A stretch of 61,310 nt of DNA from Girardia tigrina (taxonomy: Eukaryota), in the NCBI GenBank assembly GCA_001938485.1, contig MQRK01236597.1:1-61310 (forward strand), written 5' to 3'. Shown in pieces: positions 14,001-26,109 of this stretch. The number at the start of each line of letters is the position of its first letter. Positions within the stretch are counted from its first letter, which is position 1. Under the pieces are notes generated by a model that was not told the DNA's origin, ran no database searches, and saw nothing but the letters and a program-made list of their open reading frames with translations. Made by a program: the position numbers and the translations under genes.

Positions 14001-17000
14001 ATATCGAATTCATTCTCTCTCTCTTGTACCACGAATCCTAGGTAGTACTTCAACATTTTTGAGTGATAGTCAACTGATCGAAACCAAGTGACCCAATGAG
14101 TTAAACATGATTTTAGAGGATGAATTGATGACACAACATTCTGTTCATGGAGATACGCCAGAAACCGCACGTTTTACGCAACTCATCCTCAACTATGTTC
14201 AGAATTTGAGTGATGCAAGTGACGTGTTGTAGAGCATCTCTCGATTCAGTAATTTCTTTGTGCTTCTTCGTTTCAAAGTTTTCTTTTGAGTCACGGGAAT
14301 GTGGTCTACTGTCTTATTGCAGATCAATTTATTTATTTACCCTAACCAACCCTGTGAACTGAACAAGCGCGTCAACGTTAACCAGTCAACAGTCGTACGG
14401 CGCAGTTACAGAACAACGCAATTGTGATCAGCTATCTAAACTGAACAAAAAAATCAGCGAGTTAAGGAAATATGTGGGCCATAGTGGACGTAAGGTCATA
14501 CTGCTGCATGATAACGCTAGACCACATCCGCCCTATTCACCGGACTTGTCTCCAACAGATTATCTCGCTGGACAACATTTCAAAAAACGCGATGAAGTCA
14601 AGAAACGCATAGATGACTTCATTGATTCGAAAGATGAAGACTTGTTCACCAAAGGCATCTATTTGTTGCAACAAAGATGGCAAAAGACCACAGATGGTAA
14701 TGGTGAATTCTTTGCAGATTAATCGTACGCCACTTTGATTTGAAAAATAAATAGCTTTAATTAGAAATGGTCGGAAATTTATGCATCACCCTAATATTAG
14801 GTGTATAACTTAGTTTTTTGGATTTTTTGCAGAACAGACAAGTTTATTTATATTGAATATCAGTAATCGACTTTCAATGTTGGCTTGATTCAATTCAAGT
14901 GGTATCCATTTTCCTTCTTTTTGAATCATTTTCATAGCATGTAAACGTTTACTTATGGCTGCTTGAGTAACATTTAACTGTTTTGCAAGCTCTTTCTCTG
15001 CTTGAGTAGAATCTTCCTTCAGTAATGATTCCAAATCTTCATCTTCGAATCTCTTTGGTTGACCGGAACGCTCTTTGTCACTTACGTCGAAATCTCCACT
15101 TGAAACGTTTATACCAGTTCTCGCAAGTCTGTTGAGTTGGTGCATGTTGACCATAAGTTTCTTCAAGAAGCCGAAAACTGTCTGCAGCTTTTTTCTTTTG
15201 ATTAAAGCAAAACAGTAGNNNNNNNNNNNNNNNNNNNNNNNNNNNNNNNNNNNNNNNNNNNNNNNNNNNNNNNNNNNNNNNNNNNNNNNNNNNNNNNNNN
15301 NNNNNNNNNNNNAATGCCTCGATTTCAGCACTTTAAAAATCTGTACGTACGACTGTAAAATAATGCTTATTACAAAGGTTACACCATCTCTTAGAAAATC
15401 CAAAAAACTAAGTTATACACCTAATAATTGCAAAATGGAGTTGTAAATTTGTGGTATGAAATTTTTTTTTCTGCAAAATATTTTAATAGTTAATACAAAT
15501 GTAATGGTAATTTTCCCTTCTACAAAAGATAACAACAATATTCTGTTGGTCAATTAGATTTCTGTCCTCATAAAAAATGAATATGAAATTTTTTGTGATT
15601 TATTCGTTTTTCAATTATTTTAATTCAATATTCAGTTCGAGCAGAGACGAAACCGTGTTTGTGTGGGATTGCAAGCTGTTCTCGAAGCTGGTCTCCATCT
15701 CAGTCCAAGAAGAAATTCTGTCGTGCGCAGTCATCACCGGGGGATTCCAGAACCAACCGGAGTCCGATCCGTATTTGGTAATGATCGGAGGAGAGAGCGG
15801 CATAATCCGCACCCTCAGCGTCTCAAAGAAAAAAATCATCCAGGAATTCAAAAAGTCTTCGATCTTTCATTCAAATCACATTGACGAATCCGATGGCAAA
15901 GATCAATCCAGAACCATCCGATCGATTATCGTGAATAATGAATCGATAATTGTGTGCCGACAAAACGACAGCGTTGAGTTTTATTCGCGAGAAATGCGTT
16001 CCCAATTCGAATTGCTCGGTGGACTCGGAGACGTGCGACAAATGGCGCTAGTTGGAACAAAGCGCGATCGATTATTGGCAGTCGATACCGGTTCTGGAAG
16101 GAGTTGCATGCGTTTGTTCTCGTGTCAATCATTTTTTGGTCAGTCGAATATCGATATTGACGAAGATACTTCGGAGGAAGAGAAGAGGTTGTGGCCGTGT
16201 CAGTCGATAGGGGGAGGTCACCACAAGGACATCTCGTCGTTATTTGTGTTTAATAACGGGACTGGAGTCGTGTCGGGAGGCAAGGACGGACTGGTTTGTG
16301 TGTGGCGATTGGAGAATGATTGCGGTTGTGATCGATTGTCACTTGTCAGTACCCTGGCGGTTCCTGGAGCTGAGAACGGTTCCCAAGTTTCGGCGATTGC
16401 TGCTCATGAAGCCGGAAAATATTTCTTTGTGACATACAGCATCGCTGGTGACGCCGTTCAGTTAGAGAACTCTCGCGGTGAAGAGTGGATAGCTGTGCTC
16501 ATTTACACAGGAACAGAGTTGAAAGTTGCGAGTCGATGTCGGTCGATGCATCAAAAGACCGTCTACTGTATGGATGTAAATTTGACCGGGACAGTGGTTG
16601 CCACTGGATCTCGGGACAGAACAGTTAGAATCTGGAAATTGAAACAAGATACTAACGAGCTGGTTTGTGAGGGGAAAATGGCCGGACACAAAGGACACGT
16701 GCAATCCGTTCAATTTTCAACCAAAGAACAGATGTTGTTGACGGCATCGAGAGACAAGACTGTTAAACTATGGTCTGTGAAGGATTTCTCGTGTGTTTCT
16801 GTGAGTTTTTGGTTGATTTTTCTGTGTATTTATTTTATATTTTTTAATTTGTATAACACTCATTCATTCCCCGCTTTCGTTTGTCGATTCTTCTAATTAA
16901 ACAAAAGTGCGATAAAATTCACAATCACAAGGCCTAATCTGACTTTAAGGGGAGCTAGTTAAAATTAATTCCCAGACAATTGGATAGTAGGAAATTAAAT

Positions 17001-18903
17001 AATCGACAAAATTATTGACAAAACACGAAAGAAATATTTAAGGAGAAACATTTATTATCAACACTAAGGTATATATTAGGTTGGTCGAAAAATAATGGCG
17101 GTTTTTGACCTTTATACTTTGTTTATCTACTTTGATATGTATATAAGTTTAAATGCATTAGTGTTAGATATTATTTGAAATCTTATGCNNNNNNNNNNNN
17201 NNNNNNNNNNNNNNNNNNNNNNNNNNNNNNNNNNNNNNNNNNNNNNNNNNNNNNNNNNNNNNNNNNNNNNNNNNNNNNNNNNNNNNNNNNNNNNNNNNNN
17301 NNNNNNNNNNNNNNNNNNNNNNNNNNNNNNNNNNNNNNNNNNNNNNNNNNNNNNNNNNNNNNNNNNNNNNNNNNNNNNNNNNNNNNNNNNNNNNNNNNNN
17401 NNNNNNNNNNNNNNNNNNNNNNNNNNNNNNNNNNNNNNNNNNNNNNNNNNNNNNNNNNNNNNNNNNNNNNNNNNNNNNNNNNNNNNNNNNNNNNNNNNNN
17501 NNNNNNNNNNNNNNNNNNNNNNNNNNNNNNNNNNNNNNNNNNNNNNNNNNNNNNNNNNNNNNNNNNNNNNNNNNNNNNNNNNNNNNNNNNNNNNNNNNNN
17601 NNNNNNNNNNNNNNNNNNNNNNNNNNNNNNNNNNNNNNNNNNNNNNNNNNNNNNNNNNNNNNNNNNNNNNNNNNNNNNNNNNNNNNNNNNNNNNNNNNNN
17701 NNNNNNNNNNNNNNNNNNNNNNNNNNNNNNNNNNNNNNNNNNNNNNNNNNNNNNNNNNNNNNNNNNNNNNNNNNNNNNNNNNNNNNNNNNNNNNNNNNNN
17801 NNNNNNNNNNNNNNNNNNNNNNNNNNNNNNNNNNNNNNNNNNNNCAACGGACTTCTACTTTTTCAGGCATTTGTACAACTTCCTACGTGAAAAAATTTTC
17901 AAAAACCAAAATGATGCTCAAAATGCCTTCGAAGAATTCGTCGCTTCGAGAACCGATGCATTTATGCTGATGGAATAAAACAACTTGTTTCTCGTTTGCA
18001 AAAATGTATTGATGCCAACGGTTCATACTTTGATTAATAAACTTTTGTTTCTGTGAATTTTCACGTCTTTGAAGTTTGTGTCCCAAAACCGCCATTATTT
18101 TTCGATCAACCTAATATTATATTGATTACTGAAGATTACCCAATCTCTTCAAATATTTGATCTTGTTAGGTTCATTGGCATAGGTTTGTACTTCCTCAGC
18201 AACTAGAAGATTTAGCTCAACATATCTTCTTTTCTTAATATCTTTTCGACCTCCATGAACATTGGCAAGTGTCAGTCGATATAAAAGTCAGTCGATATAG
18301 TTGGTTGTTTTTGGAGATCCATCTGCGGCAGCATCAAAGTAGATCCAAAAACAATTGGAAATGTAGGATTTCTTCCACCTGGGCCCTCATTGCACGTGGT
18401 AGAAAAGTAGCTGAGGAAGTCATTGTAACCATCCTCATCAGAAAACTCTAGCATAAGTATTCTATAGATATGATAGATTTCATTCTGACTTTGATATCAC
18501 GATCCGAATCAAACTCAGTTTTCAATCCAAATGATACAACCTTCCTAACAAGTCTTTAGCACAAGTAAGAAATGCTTCTTGTGCTGTTAATTTACAAACT
18601 TTTTCAAAGTCAATGAGGATTTTCTGAGGAGACAAGTTTGGAAGAACATCATTCAGTATAATAAACGTAACCAAATTGTCAAATACCCATATGGTATTAC
18701 ACAATTGTCCGATCACCGTTAAGATTATACAAGTCAGTTGCGGGTGCCGTTTTTTCTTTGATACTGATAGATATACCTGTTGTCAAAAAATATAACCTCT
18801 AAATTTGGCCAAATGTTGACATCTATTTGATATGGTAACCAGAAAATTCGACACACATACTATTCGACATACTTTTCCTTCGACACAGTAAAAGTTAATT
18901 TTT

Positions 18904-18944
<41 letters not shown>

Positions 18945-21900
18945 CATTTGTTCATATTAAATTGATATTTTTATATGAAATACATATTTATCATACTAAA
19001 TACATGTTTTTTGAAACTAAAATACTTGCGTCGGCTAGCTAATTTGCAATGAATAAAATTTTAAAAATTAACTTTTACTGTGTCGAATTAAAAAAATTGT
19101 GTTGTCTTATTGTCGAATTAACTTTACTGTGTCCAAGGAAAAGTATGTCAAATTGTCTTGTGTCGAATTTTCATGGAACCATTTGATATTCCAATAATGT
19201 ATCATTTCCCTATAAGAATTCCTAAAAAATCATCTTCTATTTGATCTTGAATATCTGCATTAAAATCTTAATTTTTTGGCCAAATTGGAGGTTTTTCATT
19301 GATTTATAAAAGATTGTTTCTAAAAGTGGCCGAAATTGGAAGTTGGTCAAATTTAGATGTTATACTGTAATTGAACTAAGTTCTGTGATCTGATATTCAA
19401 ACCGAAATTTGACTTTTGTAACTTTGGGCGGGTAAATATTGATATTCACTAAATATGCAACAAAAAGAACTGTACATCAGTATAAAAATCATCCACCAAT
19501 TTAGACGCAAGTTATTTTGGGTATAATTCGTAGACATCTCTTCATCGTTATTAAGAACATTGAGACAATTCCCATTTGAATTTTTATTACAATCACATTT
19601 AGAGTTATTACAACTCTCGGAAGATCTTTCGTCGTTTGAAATCGCTCTTATTGGTTTTGTTATTTCAATTTTTAATCAATGATTATTCGAATAATTTTTC
19701 TCAATCTTTTAAAAATATTGAGTTTCTAAAGATATTAATCAAAAATAATTTTAACCATTTTATAAAAACCCAAAATAATAAAAATGTCATCAAATTATTG
19801 AAAATGACTTTAATTTAAATCTTATTAAATTTAATTAAATGCTTTTTTACAAAATATTAAACTTAATTTAAATTGTTAATTTAAAAAATATACACTTATC
19901 AAATTATTACTTTAATTATGATCGAAGAATTACTCACTTTAAATTGTATAAAATAACGATTTCCATCTGGGTGCAGAATTCCAATTCTAATTTCAACATA
20001 CTTAAATCAACATACATCATCAATACATTCATACAATTTTAAATATTCCTCATAATCGTTGCAATTTTCTTTATGCTGCTCTTTCTTTATAAGCGAAAAT
20101 AACCATGGGTCACATCTTCCAACCTGCTAGGTTGTGAATGCAAAAGAATGGCTTTTAGTTTTGTTGGGCTTGATTGAAATTTGCGCCAACTTTTGTCCTT
20201 CTGAATTTGCATCAAGCAGAATTTCTTGCTCCAAGTGAAAATCAGATCTCTTTTAAGTTGACATATTTCGTTATCAATGTGCTTGAAGAAACATTAATTC
20301 CAAGTCACGACACTGACATGTTAAGATAATTTTGTTCTGACTTAGACAAGAAAGGTATCAATTGATTCCGATAGAAATTTTGTTTTTTTTAATATTTTTA
20401 TTAACTGATTAAATGAAATATGAGTATTAATAAATATTAATAATTCGAAAGACGTATAAATCGGAGCATGAAAATCTTCGGGCGATATTCTACAATGATG
20501 AATCTCTAATCATGTCATGGTATTATTATTGATTAGTTTTGATTTATTTATTTGTGATGTTTGGCCAGCAACGATAAGGGGTTCGTGAGCGTTTGGAATA
20601 GAGAGACTTGTTTGTTGATTGATAACTTCGTGAAATATGACGATCCGATATATTGTTTGGTCGAAATGATCGATTATGACAACGATGAACCGAAATCTCG
20701 TGGTTTTGTGGTTGGAGGTGCACTGTCCCTGATCTGTATATATGAAGACACAACGGAGAAGATTCTGGCCCAGCAGAAGATCGACAAGAATCTCGAGATA
20801 CAACAGTAAATCACTATCAAATCTAATAGTACACTATCGATCAATTCTTTTCTTCTTACTAGAACTCAAGACCTCGACAATCTTTTACAAGCGAAAGAAT
20901 ATTCACAAGCCGTTAAATTATCGATAAAAATGAATCGACCGAAACTGACGTATCGATTATTCAAAAAGATATTTTATGAACTCTCAGAACAAAACATGGG
21001 TGTTGATTCGAACATTCTAACGATCGACAACATCTTGAAGGACCTTTCAATAGACGACGTGAAACAAGTGTGTCAATTGGCATTGAAATGGTACATGCGG
21101 TACGAATCATTGGTGCTGGCGCAGCGGATCGTCTTTTGGGTGACCAGTAGACTGACTGAAGAACAGATACGCGAATGCATTGAGTTCGAGGAATCCAATG
21201 CTATGGTCAATAAATACGGTCAGTGCCTAATTTTGTATTAATTATTGATTTTCACTGATTACTGATTTGTATAAATAATTGATATTTTTAAAAAAATACT
21301 TTGTTAAATTTTTACTTTTTTTGACTTTAGTACTATGTAGTGCTAATTATATAATTATGTACCTTATTCAAGTTATAAACACTTCTATTCATTTTCAAAT
21401 ATTGATTTGGAAAGTAATTAATGTCCGCTATTATTAATAAAATTTTAATCAATTTTGATTAAATTATCAAGATTAAATTACTTGACCCCACTTCGTGACC
21501 AACTTTTCGACCCAATCCCTCAAGAACTCCGGGGACTTTGAGACAATAAATGAATTGATAGCCCGTGTGACATCCTCTTCATCTGCGAACTCTTTTCCCA
21601 CTAAGAAGTTTTGCAGAGATCGAAACAGGTGGTAATCCGATGCGGCCGTGTCTGGACTATATGGTTCGTGGGGCAGGACCTCCCACCAATAATCTATGAT
21701 ATTTTGTTGTGTCATTCTTGCAACATGTGGCCGAGAGTTATCTTGCTAAAGAATGACAATGACCTTTTCTATTAACAAGAGATTGCCTGTTCCTCTTCAG
21801 ATTTTCATTCAGCCGGTTCAATTGGGCACAATAGACTTCAGCCGTAATAGTTTTGTTAGGGTCTATGAGTTTCTAGTGCACCATTCCGTTCGGATCCCAC

Positions 21901-24772
21901 CAGGTACAGAGCATTATCTTCTGCAGATGGAGACCAGGTTTAGCCGACGAAAGCGGTGTCTGGCCACGACTCACGAGTGTTTCATGAGAGCAAAGACGAA
22001 ATGGTCGCCAGTTGAACCATATTTTATTCCGAAAGTTGGTGCGGAACCCATACACCAAACTTATACACTTTCCCGAGTATTTCCACATAGGCTTGGATTA
22101 TTGTATGGAGACGTCCCTATTGTCTCTTGGTTCTGATTCTACCAGTGCTTTCAAGGAGTCAATGTCCAGCTGAGTCTTGCGTCCTCTCCCGAGCTCGTCA
22201 TCGAGACTGAAGACTCCGGACCTTAACTTTTCAAACCATCGCCTGACTGTCCGCACACTAACTGCATTTCCATAAACGACGCAGATATTCTTCGTGGCCT
22301 CACTTGCATTATTATTTTATTCGCTAGTCATAGAGCATTATAGGAAAAATGTGTTTGTCGTTTCTCACCATCATCAAAGACTTTTGTTTTTATTTTTTGA
22401 CATTTATTGACAACACAAACAGATTCTTCACAACCATTTTCAGAGTTCATCTTTCTTTGATTGATATAGTCTTTGTTTATGTATTCAAATCTAAAAAAGC
22501 AATGAATGGGAAAGTTTTTAATATTAATTTTTAATTTTTTAAATTTTATTGGATAAAAATGCATTACTTAATTTTTTAAATGATTTTAAAAATATAAATT
22601 TTTTAAAATATATTACATTTAATAAGTTAAAATCATTTACTGAAAATATTATTAAAGTTCATAATTATCAAACTTTAATTAATTAGTACTTAAAATTAAT
22701 TTCATTAGATTCAAATAATCAATCAATAAACATACCAATCCCATCTGAGTAGGAGAGTCACAAATCTAAACAGCACACAAACAACAAACTTACAACATTC
22801 CAAATTATCCCTCACAATTTCATTTGTAAATTAAATTAAATATTACCTTTGTTTACATAGATATATTTTGAAAAACATCTTTCCTTTAAATATGAGATGT
22901 GCGAATTTAAATTTTAATTAAATCTATAACGAACTCAAGATGTTCAAAAATTCGATATAAAAACCGAATCAATACCATAATATTCACCAAAGAAAATTTT
23001 TAAATTCGTTAATTCAATCGACGCGTACTCTGATATCCTGTTGCTCATTTTTCTGTTCACACACCAGCGGGAAATTCCATGGAGAACTAAATCTTTCAAT
23101 GATTTCGTTTTCTTCACAATTTTTAATAATGTCATCTATTTAAACTAATACTTAAACCAAAAAAAATTTTTTAATCCATTCTTTATGCGGAGAGAACTCT
23201 TCTAGGCCAATAGAATTTTTTTACTTATCTTTTGCAGAAGAGAAAATTACTATTACATTTTTTAATCAATTTATTGTGTTACTAGTAAAAGACCCGTCAT
23301 GTATGACGGCGGAGTTAAAGAAAATTTCTGTTTTAATTTATTATTTATTGTTTCGCAGTCGGTGTTTGATTTCTCATTTCTTTAAATTTAATTCTTTTTT
23401 TTACAAACCCTAACCCTCACCTTTAACTTAAACCATAACCATAACCATAACACTAACCCTAACCCTTAACCAAAACGATTTTTGCTCCAAAAAATTTAAA
23501 TTAATTTAAATATCTGCCTACAATTGTAAGTAAATAATATGAACGTTATAAAGATGAAAAATTTGGTTTGAAACACACACACACACATATATATAATTAG
23601 TAACTATTTAAATCTTTTGTAGAACAAAAAAATTCATACCAAAAATTTACAACTCAATTTTGTAATTAAATGGTTACTAATAACATAATACATTTATCAT
23701 AAAGCATGGGCGGAAAAAACCAAAAACATTTCTATTTAATACAGTTTAAAAATTTTGTGGATAATCGTAAAACTTTTTGCAAAAAAATTTTTTTGATTTT
23801 TTAGTTAGATCAAATTTTCACATAATCATTTATTGTCATAGATAGTTAGTTAATGTACAAAGTTTGGAGAAAATTGATTGAGTAAAAGGCCTTCAAAAAT
23901 AGGTTTCTAAATTCAATGGATACATATATATATATATAGAAAGCAAACCAATAAAAGAATGGAAAAAATATGAAATTGAAATCATTGATTATGAGTAAAT
24001 TAAAAATAAAATATATTTATATTTTTGTTATTTTTAATTTTAGATTATTTATTTACATTAAAAAAATAATTATAAAATTTACTAATAAACTAGTAAATCA
24101 AATTTTTTTGGTATTCATTCTTTATGCAGACAGAACTCTATTTGGCCAAGATAATTTTTTAGTTATCTTTTAGAGAAGGGAAAATTACTATTACATTTTT
24201 AATCAATTTATTAATTTCTTAGTAACTATTTAAATCTTTTGTAGAAGGGAAATTTCATACAATTAAATTGCAATTAAATAGTTACTAATAACACAATATA
24301 TTTATTGTAAAGCATAGAGGGAAAAAACAAACACATTTCTATTATATAGAAATATTTTGGTTTTTTCCCTCCATGCTTTACAATAAACCCATTTATATTT
24401 ATTTTCATCGGTTTTACTAATATTAAATTTCTTGATTTAATTAAATAAAATTTATTTACTTAATTATTGACAAATAATCATTTGTCTTGCTTTCTTTAAC
24501 ATTATTGATCATATATTGTTTTTATCATTTCATTTTTTTATCTTTATAAATTTCTAATGAATTAATATTAGTAATTTATTTTTGAATTATTATTACACTT
24601 TTCAGATAAATATTTCGCCACCGGAGAGCTTTTGAATGAGAAGGAACAACTCGTTAAATTCCTGAATGAAAAAGTCGATCCTTTCGTCGCGGGGGACCAG
24701 AACATCACTCAAAATGTTGATCAACATATGATCGATCTCACAAGTGATAGTGAAAGTGAAATGGAAATGTAG
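8029..24772 (+). CDS. TBL3: Transducin beta-like protein 3 / U3 snoRNA-associated protein 13 (WD40 repeats + Utp13 domain), 12 exons, ~864 aa
   Basis: Exons: 8029-8039, 8097-8148, 8233-8325, 8407-8451, 11009-11089, 11137-11288, 11330-11497, 15636-16800, 20452-20519, 20569-20805, 20863-21218, 24606-24772. All introns are GT-AG and phases are consistent (2595 nt including stop). Segments match TBL3 as I recall it, in order: [135 protein letters not shown]. Confidence 0.92.
9717..10209 (-). mobile_element. Penelope-like element 3' fragment (GIY-YIG endonuclease) with an inverted terminal duplication
   Basis: ORF 9727-10047 reads [30 protein letters not shown]...[13 protein letters not shown], typical of PLE GIY-YIG domains. 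9717-9760 and 10166-10209 are a perfect 44-bp inverted repeat. Confidence 0.88.
10211..10765. mobile_element. pogo/Tigger-type MITE, left end cut by the Penelope insertion
   Basis: About 55-bp imperfect TIRs (cgcacaatataagacatcccccagtctttactaatcc... / ...ggattactaaagactaggggatgtcttatattatgcgaaacacgg|TA). Confidence 0.7.
12053..13340 (+). mobile_element. Full-length decayed mariner, mellifera-subfamily-like
   Basis: TA|TTGGGTTGGCCAAAAAGTCATTGCG ... CGCAATGACTTTTTGGGCAACCCAA|TA, 1288 bp. The transposase starts at 12231 ([20 protein letters not shown]) and carries WLPHEL, TGDEKW and HDNARPH. It has several stops and an N run. Confidence 0.93.
13380..14200 (-). mobile_element. hAT-like transposase remnant
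   Basis: Minus-strand fragments CLTHWVTW (like TRWGTW) and [19 protein letters not shown] (hAT C-terminal ERSFS.YK motif), broken by stops and frameshifts. Confidence 0.55.
14340..14794 (+). mobile_element. Internally deleted mariner 3' part with right TIR
   Basis: LLHDNARPH is joined directly to [12 protein letters not shown], then [13 protein letters not shown]. The element ends ...GCATCACCCTAA|TA. The left boundary is approximate. Confidence 0.75.
14797..15424 (-). mobile_element. Internally deleted mariner keeping only the N-terminal DNA-binding region
   Basis: Perfect 30-bp TIRs (TTAGGTGTATAACTTAGTTTTTTGGATTTT) flanked by TA. The minus strand encodes [20 protein letters not shown]...[34 protein letters not shown] and then runs straight into the TIR. 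Confidence 0.9.
17076..18114 (+). mobile_element. Mariner, cecropia-subfamily-like, mostly N
   Basis: TA|TTAGGTTGGTCGAAAAATAATGGCGG ... CCGCCATTATTTTTCGATCAACCTAA|TA. The C-terminus reads [35 protein letters not shown]. Confidence 0.88.
17189..17844. other. N run (others: 13045-13223, 15219-15312, 39800-39894)
   Basis: Directly visible. Three of the four lie inside mariner elements. Confidence 0.95.
18130..18740 (-). mobile_element. MULE (Mutator-like) transposase remnant
   Basis: Minus-strand [18 protein letters not shown] and [21 protein letters not shown] match the MULE DFE and YF..T...G...P.FP motifs. Confidence 0.6.
18834..19180. mobile_element. MULE-type MITE with 9-bp TSD, nested in a pogo-like MITE (~18790-19367)
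   Basis: ATTTGATAT is duplicated at 18825-18833 and 19181-19189. The ~65-bp imperfect TIRs are GGTAACCAGAAAATTCGACAC... / ...GTGTCGAATTTTCATGGAACC. The outer inverted pair is tataacctctaaatttggcc / ggtcaaatttagatgttatactg|TA. Confidence 0.82.
19548..20054 (-). repeat. TGTGAGG-family LTR-like repeat (probable solo LTR)
   Basis: About 500 bp, colinear with 24868-25996 (+, split by Penelope) and ~26110-26564 (-). Related ends are at 22816, 36046 and 61194. All share TGTGAGG(A/G) termini and a ccagatgg motif. Confidence 0.7.
21440..22320 (-). mobile_element. Decayed mariner transposase
   Basis: [33 protein letters not shown] and [28 protein letters not shown] on the minus strand. TIRs were not recognised. 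Confidence 0.85.
23281..23600. mobile_element. Short Helitron/HINE-like insertion carrying degenerate telomere-like repeats
   Basis: Starts ACTAG..ACCCGTCATGTATGACGG (small hairpin), contains a (TAACCC/TAACCA)-like array at ~23406-23471 and ends (CA)n-TATATAATTAG. It is absent from the homologous repeat copy at ~24115-24345. Confidence 0.55.
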
Positions 24773-25069
24773 AAAATAAAGAATTCTTCTATGATAGTTG
24801 TTCTTGTTGTTTTGCTATTGATTTATAATTGAAAATTAAAGAAGAAATTATAACGTATAATTATTTTGGTGAGGACTATTTTAAATTGTTTGAATGTGTA
24901 AATGTAGTGATGCGGTATGTTGATTTAAGTATGTTGAATTTAGAATGGTGATTCTCCCACCCAGATGGAAATTGGTATTTTTTATTAAGTTTTAAGTGAT
25001 TGACTATTCGAACATAATTAAAATAATAATTTGATGAGTTCATATTTTTTAAATTAACAATTAAATTGT

Positions 25070-25640
25070 TTTGACTGTTCCTCCTCTGAGGGTTTCAGGA
25101 AATTCAAAAACTCTATTTTGAAACATGATGAAAATAATTTATTAAATTTAAAAATTGTATCTAGATCATGTAAGATAGGAAGTTTGTTTAGTAGTAAATC
25201 TATCACTCCAACTGGGTTATGTTCAAATTTAGTTTATCAATATAAATGTAATGGGTGTAACGCCATATATGCATCGGAGAGACTTGTCGTCATCTCTGTA
25301 AACGAATTCAGGAACATAATCGCAGGGAAAGTGATAGCAATATTTCTCAACATAAGAAGAACTGTTTGAATAGTTGATCTAAGTTGATGTAAGTAATTTT
25401 AAGATTTTGTGTTCACAATTTGATAATTACTGGGATAGGGTGATGTGTGAAGCATTGTTGATCAAATCTTTTGAACCTAAAATCAATGTCCAAACACCAT
25501 CAACTTTATTGAAAGTATTTTCATGATTTAAATGGCACAATGATAACATAAACATTGCTTTGATATATAAACGCGAGTATATCATTGTTAATTCAGTCTG
25601 ATGATGACGGTTGATCAGTCGAAATTAATAACAATACATT
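25070..25640 (+). mobile_element. Penelope-like element 3' end (GIY-YIG + pLTR)
   Basis: LCSNLVYQYKCNGCNAIY... then, after a frameshift, IGETCRHLCKRIQEH...EALLIKSFEPKINVQ. A hammerhead motif follows. Confidence 0.88.
25584..25638 (+). ncRNA. Minimal type I hammerhead ribozyme in the Penelope pLTR
   Basis: attgt...gt CTGATGA t GAC ggttgatca GTC GAAA ttaa TA acaat: both core boxes, a 3-bp stem II, a palindromic TTAA in place of stem III, and flanks that can form stem I. Confidence 0.7.
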
Positions 25641-26074
25641 TTGAGGAAATTTTTTTTGTTTTTTAAAAATTAAAATTACGTTTTTAAAAACGTTACGTTT
25701 TTTTTAAAAAAAGTAAAGCATTTAATAAGATTTGAATTAAATTAATTTTTAACAATTTTATAAAGTCTTAATTATTCTGAGTTTTTATTAATTAATGGTT
25801 AAAATTATTATTTTTAATTAATGTTTTTAGAAATTAAATATTGTAAAAATAATTAGAAAAAAATGTTCGAATTAGCTTGATTAAAAATATCAATTGAAAA
25901 ACCAATTAGAACAGTTCAAGATCTTGCGAGAGTTGTCATGACTCCAAATGTGATAATAATAAAAAAACAATAAGACTTGTCTCAAGGTTCTTAATAATTT
26001 TATTGATAAACATCAATCCCAATGAAAATTTTTTAATGAAAAACAAAGTTCATCAATTAAAAAGATATTTAGAG

Positions 26075-26109
<35 letters not shown>

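Larger units (their letters stand above)
24868..25996 (+). repeat. TGTGAGG-family LTR-like repeat interrupted by a Penelope element
   Basis: 24868-25070 plus ~25720-25996 together match the reverse complement of 19548-20054. Confidence 0.7.

Noticed and set aside
15577-16896. 439-aa ORF as a stand-alone WD40 gene
   Set aside because: It is TBL3 exon 8 (15636-16800) plus intron read-through. ORFs 11292-11834, 20561-20809 and 20930-21241 are also TBL3 exons.
17127-17978. Long ORFs of 227-267 aa in the track
   Set aside because: Artefacts of translating N runs. The same applies near 13045-13223 and 39800-39894.
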